Source of the DNA: Octopus sinensis
Lineage: Eukaryota
Length of the DNA: 13,641 nt
NCBI RefSeq assembly: GCF_006345805.1
Contig: NW_021826118.1
Coordinates: forward strand, 1-13,641
Direction of reading: 5' to 3'
The notes under the pieces were generated by a model. That model was not told the DNA's origin and did not search any database. It saw nothing but the letters and a program-made list of their open reading frames with translations. The translations under genes and the position numbers were made by a program. Shown here in pieces: positions 7,835 to 13,641 of the stretch (its first letter is position 1; each line of letters begins with the position of its first letter).

Positions 7835-9120
7835 TCTTTTTTTACTTAACTTCTGATTTTTCTATGTCTGCAACACTTTTCTCAAAAGTTATTCCAAATA
7901 TTGCTACCAACTAAATACTTCCAAAGAAGTTTGGAATTTGCAGCTTTTCACGCCAGAATATTGCTCACCGTCAGATGGTTCCAAGTGCGCCGATCACAAT
8001 AGGTACCACACTCACTTTTAAAGCTCTTTAGATTATTTTCCTTTCCAATCCTAGGTCTTAGGGCTTCCCGACTTTCCAGTCCTCTGCCTTCACAATATTC
8101 TGGTCTGCAGTTAGTCGATGAAGCTACATCAATGAAGGTCCTCTCTTTGGACTTCTTCAGTTATGTTGCAGCTTTTTATCTGTGTATATTGGCTTATCCC
8201 ATGTGAGTTTCACCTGAACCTTCTCTGCCACTAGTTGGAACATTCTAGCCCGTACTTCTTGCACAACACCCAGTGTATTTACACTGCTACTTTGTCAAGG
8301 CGATTTTCAACTCCTTTTTGGGCTGGTTTTGAGCATCCACTAATTATGTTTGTCTCAGATGATTCTCTACATAGTCTACACAAAGGTGATACTGCTGTCT
8401 TATCAGAGCTATACTTAATTGAGTTAGTTCATAAAGCCTGTTCTTGAGCAGCAAGAATCAGTCCTTCTGTCTCCTTATTTAAAAATCCATGTCTTAACCA
8501 TCTTCTGGATTCTTTATCAGCTTCATCCGCTGTTTATTTGAAAAAACTCTTTATGTAGGACTTTCTCTTTCCAGTCGATGATATTTTCTCTGTTAGTCCT
8601 CATATTGTACTTCTGGCGGGGGATCTCACCATTGTCACTGATCACCTTCTCATTCGAAGCAGCCTGCAACATTCTTTCGTCTCTATTCCTCAGACAGACA
8701 TGCAAGGACGTGACCTCCCTCACAACACTATCCTCTATTCCAACCCGTTCTCTTCCTCCCTCTTTCCTAAGCAGGTAAAAGCTTTCTCCGTAGCTTCTAG
8801 TATGAAGGTAGCTATGCGTGATAGTCATTACTTTCCCAGTTTCCGCATTAACAAGTTCTTCCTTCGTCAATTCCGCATCTCCTCCGTAGTAACGTATCAT
8901 GTCTACAGCCCATGCGTTGATACTTCCGATCTGGTACTTCTCTATTTAGCCTAGACCTACATAGCTTTTCAATTTTTCCGGTATATTAAGAAGAATTCCC
9001 CCCCCCCTTCATCTTGGTGTTCAACATCTGGACAAGTTGTAAAACTCCAAGATACTTATAACCCTCTCTGTTCACTTCTCTTATTCGTTCATCATCTGAA
9101 ATTTGTACTCCACTGCTATC
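7835..9120 (-). pseudogene. R4/Dong-like RLE retrotransposon ORF remnant (element A): end of RT, zinc knuckle and RLE; many stops and frameshifts
   Basis: In order on the minus strand: GYKYLGV (YKYLG 9060-9046), SINAWAVDMIRY, YLLRKEGGR, WKEKVLH, WLRHGFLNKETEGLILAAQEQAL*TN, CRLC...IISGC (8380-8333), IHWVLCKKYG, KLTWDKPIYTDKKLQHN, FIDVA, VVPIVIGALGT, LRKVLQT* (stop 7862-7864). This is the characteristic motif order of R4-clade ORFs. Confidence 0.9.
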
Positions 9121-9141
9121 ATCATCATCAGCAGCAGCAGC
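9118..9141. repeat. (ATC)n(AGC)n short tract at the 5' truncation point of element A
   Basis: Direct reading. Confidence 0.8.
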
Positions 9142-9334
9142 CGTTCAAGAATTTGGAACCTGGAGATCTCCATTTCCGGCGACTTCGAGGGCCGCCTCCC
9201 AGTGGTGTCGGGCGTCAACGAAGAGCCTTCGACAACAACAAGACGACCAAAGTTTTTTTTTTTTCCAAGGTCTGGGGTCTCCCGCCCCTAAACCCTAGAC
9301 CATCACCTAATCACTCTTACCCATCTTGTTGCTT

Positions 9335-9381
9335 AACAACAACAACAACAACAGCTGCAGCAGCAACAACAACAACAACAG
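9335..9381. repeat. (AAC)n/(CAG)n tract
   Basis: Direct reading. Confidence 0.85.
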
Positions 9382-9553
9382 TTACATATGCGCTTCTGCT
9401 GAGCCATAAAGGTGCATCTCCGTGGTCCTGTAGCGTGCGCATCATTTTATTTTGAAGGTGTGAAATTGTATGTGCAATACCTTTTCACATTCGCTTTGTT
9501 GTGGCGTTTCTTTGGCTGTGTCTGGTGAAAATTAAATACTTCGTGTGTTTATT

Positions 9554-9925
9554 GGAGGTGCAATGGCCCAGTGTTTAGGGCAGCGGACTCGCGGTTTCGA
9601 TTCCCAGACCGGGCGTTGTGAGTGTTTATTGAGCGAAAACACCTAAAAAGCTCCACGAGGCTCCGGCAGGGGATGGTGGTGATCCCTGCTGTACTCTTTC
9701 ACCACAACTTTCTCTCACTCTTACTTCCCGTTTCTGTTGTACCTGTATTTCAAGGGACCGGCCTTGTCACTCTCTGTGTCACGCTGAATATCCCCGAGAA
9801 CTACGTTAAGGGTGCACGTGTCTGTGGAGTGCTCAGCCACTTACACGTTAATTTCACGAGCAGGCTGTTCCGTTGATTCGGATCAACCGGAACCCTCATC
9901 GTCGTAACCGACGGAGTCCTTCCAT
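9554..9925 (+). mobile_element. tRNA-derived SINE, family B
   Basis: A-box-like TGGCCCAGTGT at 9564-9574 and B-box-like TTTCGATTCC at 9595-9604. Two 3' hairpins lie at 9872-9887 and 9900-9913. A weak TGTGTTT direct repeat lies at 9544-9550 and 9925-9931. The body matches an octopus SINE as I recall it, but there is no second copy here to confirm. Confidence 0.78.
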
Positions 9926-10240
9926 GTGTTTTAGTGTTGGGCAGTGATTTTTATAAAGCAGGGTTTCTTAAGTTGGACCGCAACATTTTTTGTAGGGTGT
10001 TGTGAGAGATAAATTTCAAGGGCGCATGGTGAATACTGGGTGTTTAGAAGGGTTCTGATTTTTCATGAAAGCAAAATACTTAACCCAGGTAGAATACTTA
10101 TATTTTAAGAGATTTGGAATCAGTGGGATATCAGTAACAAGAAACATGATTGATGATACTCCAAGATCCGACATAATTTCTTTATACCGACCGACCTACC
10201 TATATATATACATACATACATGTATGTGTGTGAGAGAGTA

Positions 10241-10843
<603 letters not shown>

Positions 10844-11139
10844 TATACTCTCTGACGATAGGTCATAAAGCTAAGATAGTCCCATAAACCGGCCTTTCCC
10901 AGAGAAATGGTCACTGATGAAGATTACTCAGATCTGTAATCAGTGCTGGTATGAATCCATCTCTCTTGCTGTAGGGAAGGAGCTTGTCTCCCTTGCCAGT
11001 CGTTAGAAAAGTGCTCCCATGTGGCTAAGAGTTGGTTTGACTCTTATTTCTAGCAATGCTGGTACTTACTAGCACCTTTCCTCATTATACTTGTTGCCGT
11101 TCGGTTGTAAATTGCGAATACTCACCTTAATGATGTAAA

Positions 11140-11230
11140 CATGCATACATACATACATACATACATACATACATACATACATACATACATACATACATAC
11201 ATACATACATACATACATACGTATATACAT
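11140..11230. repeat. Nearly pure (CATA)n
   Basis: Direct reading. Confidence 0.96.
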
Positions 11231-11701
11231 ATAAAGTTAATCCAAACATGAAAGCACAAAAAAACACAACGCGAGGATGTGGAACAAATATAGTATTATC
11301 TACTTACATATACATACATGCATACATATATATATATATATATATAACGTAGAGTAGATGAAACCATGGCGACTGAAGAAGGGGTTTTTTCCTTGTGTTA
11401 TTTGTCCTGTACTCTATTTTTTTGTTGTTTAAGAAAAATGTCCAGTTCCTTTGGTTTGTGTCTATGTTTTCGTTTCTCATTGTGTTCGACGTTTTTTGGT
11501 GTCCTGTACTCATATATGCGTGTATATATACATGTAGAGGTAGGTACGTACATATATGTATATATATATATATATGCATATGTTTTATTTATTAATATAT
11601 TATATATATATCATAAGGGTAGAAATTAATATTATTAAATAATACTAATTTAAACCGGTGGCCACCATACGCAAAAAACGTCCGAGGACTAGAAATACCT
11701 C

Positions 11702-11704
<3 letters not shown>
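11231..11704. mobile_element. Unclassified interspersed-repeat blocks separated by TA/CATA tracts (possibly Penelope-derived)
   Basis: Blocks at about 11231-11304, 11358-11520 and 11605-11704 resemble abundant octopus repeats as I recall them. T-rich runs and a CTGAAGA half-motif at 11373 are present. No second copy in the window. Confidence 0.3.
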
Positions 11705-11738
<34 letters not shown>

Positions 11739-11786
11739 TGTATGTATGTATGTATGTATGTATGTGTGTGTGTGTGTGTGTGTGTG
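11705..11786. repeat. (TATG)n(TG)n microsatellite
   Basis: Direct reading. Confidence 0.95.
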
Positions 11787-11953
11787 CGATAGGTTTTCAA
11801 TTTCCGTCTACTAAAGCCACTCACAAAGTTTTGGTCGGCCCACGGCTATATACAGTAGAAGGCACTTGCCCAAGGTCCCACGCGTGGGACTGAACAACCC
11901 GGAACGATGTGATTGGGAACCAAGCTTCTTATTACCACACAACCACATCGGCC
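11787..11953 (-). mobile_element. SINE family A, copy 4 (5' head only, more diverged)
   Basis: Reverse complement of the copy 1 head: tttccgtcta...actcaca...ttggtcggcc...cttgcccaagg...gggactgaac...ccggaac...taccacac. The second half is absent. Confidence 0.85.
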
Positions 11954-11982
11954 CTTTTTTTTTTTTTACTTTTTATCTTATA

Positions 11983-12382
11983 CTAGCAGTATCGCCCGGC
12001 GTTGTTCGGGTTTGTAAGGGAAATAACTATATAAGCATTTTTAGAGAGTTATAGCAAAAAAATAGCAAAAAATGCATTAAAAATGGAAAAAAAATTATGG
12101 TAAATTTTTTTTTAAATCGTTGACTCATCGTAGACATTTTTAGAGAGTTACTTCCCTTATATAATAGCGAAAAAAATGCATTAAAATGGAAAAAAATTAT
12201 GGTAATTTTTTTAAAATCGCAGACTCATCGTAGACGCACGCTAATACCCAGAAGGGCTCGATATGAATCACTACTATAAGATACCCGGTTTTGGTTACAC
12301 TGCACCGCAAAATGTGGGAGTAGTTAGGAATCTAAATCGTAGGAGACAGACAGACACACAACCTCACTTTTATATATAAAGA
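11983..12382 (-). mobile_element. Non-autonomous Helitron, 400 bp
   Basis: The minus strand begins A|TCTTTATATATAAAAG and ends CCCGAACAACGCCGGG-cgatactg-CTAG|T. This gives a 5' TC, a subterminal GC hairpin (11995-12010), a 3' CTAG, insertion between A and T, and no TSD. A short (CTGT)n lies near the 5' end and there is an internal ~100-bp tandem duplication. Confidence 0.85.
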
Positions 12383-12420
12383 TTATCAGAATAATATCAT
12401 AACATCTTGCGATATTTCTT

Positions 12421-12598
12421 GCGGTATTTTATGTTCTAAAATCCAGTCGAGGTCAGGTCAACTTTTCTTTTTGTCCTTTCGGGGTCGATAAAATGATATA
12501 CCAGGCAAGTACTGGGATCGATGTAATCGACTTATATCTTTCTCCCAAAATAAAACAAAATTCGTGACCTTGTGCCAAAATTTGAAACCATTATTATT
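12421..12598 (+). mobile_element. SINE family C, 5'-truncated, with internal deletion
   Basis: gcggtattt...gaggtc...tcctttcggggtcgataaaatgatatacca...ctgggatcgatgtaatcgactt...ccttgtgccaaaatttgaaaccattattatt. Confidence 0.8.
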
Positions 12599-12646
12599 CA
12601 CTATTGTGATCTTTTTTTCTCACAGAAGTGGATTCCACCGTTTAAG

Positions 12647-12725
12647 TGACTTCAGAGTCGATAAAATCAATACCAATCATGTACCAACAGGGATCAAATC
12701 AATCAACTATACACATTCCCCTATA
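12647..12725 (+). mobile_element. SINE family C central fragment, highly diverged
   Basis: ttcagagtcgataaaatcaatacca...agggatcaaatcaatcaact...cccc parallels 12478-12545. Confidence 0.5.
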
Positions 12726-12751
12726 AACCCTCTCGCTTTTCTGCAACACGA

Positions 12752-12767
12752 GTCGTCGTCGTCGCCC

Positions 12768-12807
<40 letters not shown>

Positions 12808-12925
12808 ATCGTCATCATCATCATCGTCATCATCGTCATCATCGTCGTCATCGTCATCATCATCGTCATCATCGTCGTCGTCGTCATCATCATCATCGTC
12901 ATCATCGTCGTCATCGTCATCGTCG

Positions 12926-12957
<32 letters not shown>

Positions 12958-13231
12958 GTCGTCATCGTCATCGTCGTCGTCGTCGTCGTCGTCATCATCA
13001 TCATCGTCATCATCGTCGTCGTCGTCATCATCATCATCATCGTCATCATCGTCATCGTCGTCATCATCATCATCGTCATCATCATCATCGTCATCATCAT
13101 CATCATCATCATCGTCGTCATCGTCATCGTCGTCGTCGTCGTCGTCGTCATCATCATCATCGTCATCATCGTCGTCGTCGTCATCATCATCATCATCGTC
13201 ATCATCGTCATCGTCGTCATCATCATCATCG

Positions 13232-13269
<38 letters not shown>

Positions 13270-13337
13270 TCCACCACCACCACCACCGCCGCCGCCGCCG
13301 CCACCACCACCACCACCGACGTAGTCGTCGTCATCAT
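12752..13337. repeat. (CAT/CGT)n trinucleotide array followed by (CAC/CGC)n
   Basis: Direct reading. Contains a 156-bp tandem duplication (12936-13091 / 13092-13247). Confidence 0.97.
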
Positions 13338-13641
13338 AAAGCTGAACGTCTCTGAGAAATGTAGGTAGGAGATACCGTATCAATAATCACTCCAGCACTA
13401 CCAACCAAACCCCCACAAACACTACTACCACTACTACCACCACCACAACCACCGCAAATACTAGGATCTCTGCCACAAACAACCTCCGGGAATACAAACA
13501 CTGCCAGCATTACGACCCCGACACCACCACCACCAGAAATCCAAGAGAAATTTGGCTTAGTGGAATTAAACTACTTTTACGTACCAGGATGGTGTGGGAT
13601 TCTTCTGAAAAGTCAAATCTGCTAATACTTTTTTTTCTTTT

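Noticed and set aside
8523-8900. 125-aa ORF as a host gene
   Set aside because: It is an internal segment of the decayed R4-like ORF (YLLRKEGGR, WKEKVLH).
10912-10945. Second hammerhead candidate: CTGATGA-A-GATTAC...GTAATC
   Set aside because: The stem II-like helix is followed by AGTG instead of GAAA, and there is no stem III or cleavage triplet. It is just a hairpin.
11026-11074. Two 7-bp hairpins (TAAGAGT/ACTCTTA; TGCTGGT/ACTAGCA)
   Set aside because: Short AT-rich stems are expected by chance, and there is no associated feature.
12564-13355. His/Arg-rich 263-aa and Met/Thr-rich 177-aa ORFs
   Set aside because: These are alternative frames of the trinucleotide array. Only the poly-Asp frame is kept, as a low-probability lead.

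Overview
This is AT-rich, microsatellite-saturated eukaryotic non-coding DNA. I found no intact protein-coding gene, RNA gene, CRISPR array or prokaryotic feature. The repeat families look like those I recall from octopus (coleoid cephalopod) genomes; that attribution is from memory and is not a search result. Nearly all long ORFs in the track are translations of simple repeats. The window is a mosaic of transposable-element remnants. (1) There are three tRNA-derived SINE families: A (4 copies, bipartite with an internal microsatellite), B (1 copy) and C (5 copies or fragments). (2) There are three decayed 3' fragments of restriction-like-endonuclease (RLE) non-LTR retrotransposons. Two are R4/Dong-like and stacked in (TAA)n tracts at 7232-9120; one abuts a (CATA)n tract at 2210. 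(3) A non-autonomous Helitron with clean termini lies at 11983-12382, and a second probable one at 6514-6755. (4) A probable Penelope-like remnant carries a degenerate hammerhead ribozyme core at 3214-3243. (5) A possible 60-bp hAT-type MITE lies at 6433-6492. (6) Large CATA and CAT/CGT arrays show higher-order structure. The best leads are microsatellite-targeted nesting of RLE elements, SINEs carrying microsatellites, inverted SINE pairs, a hairpin module shared between SINE families, and the hammerhead remnant. All alignments were done by eye.
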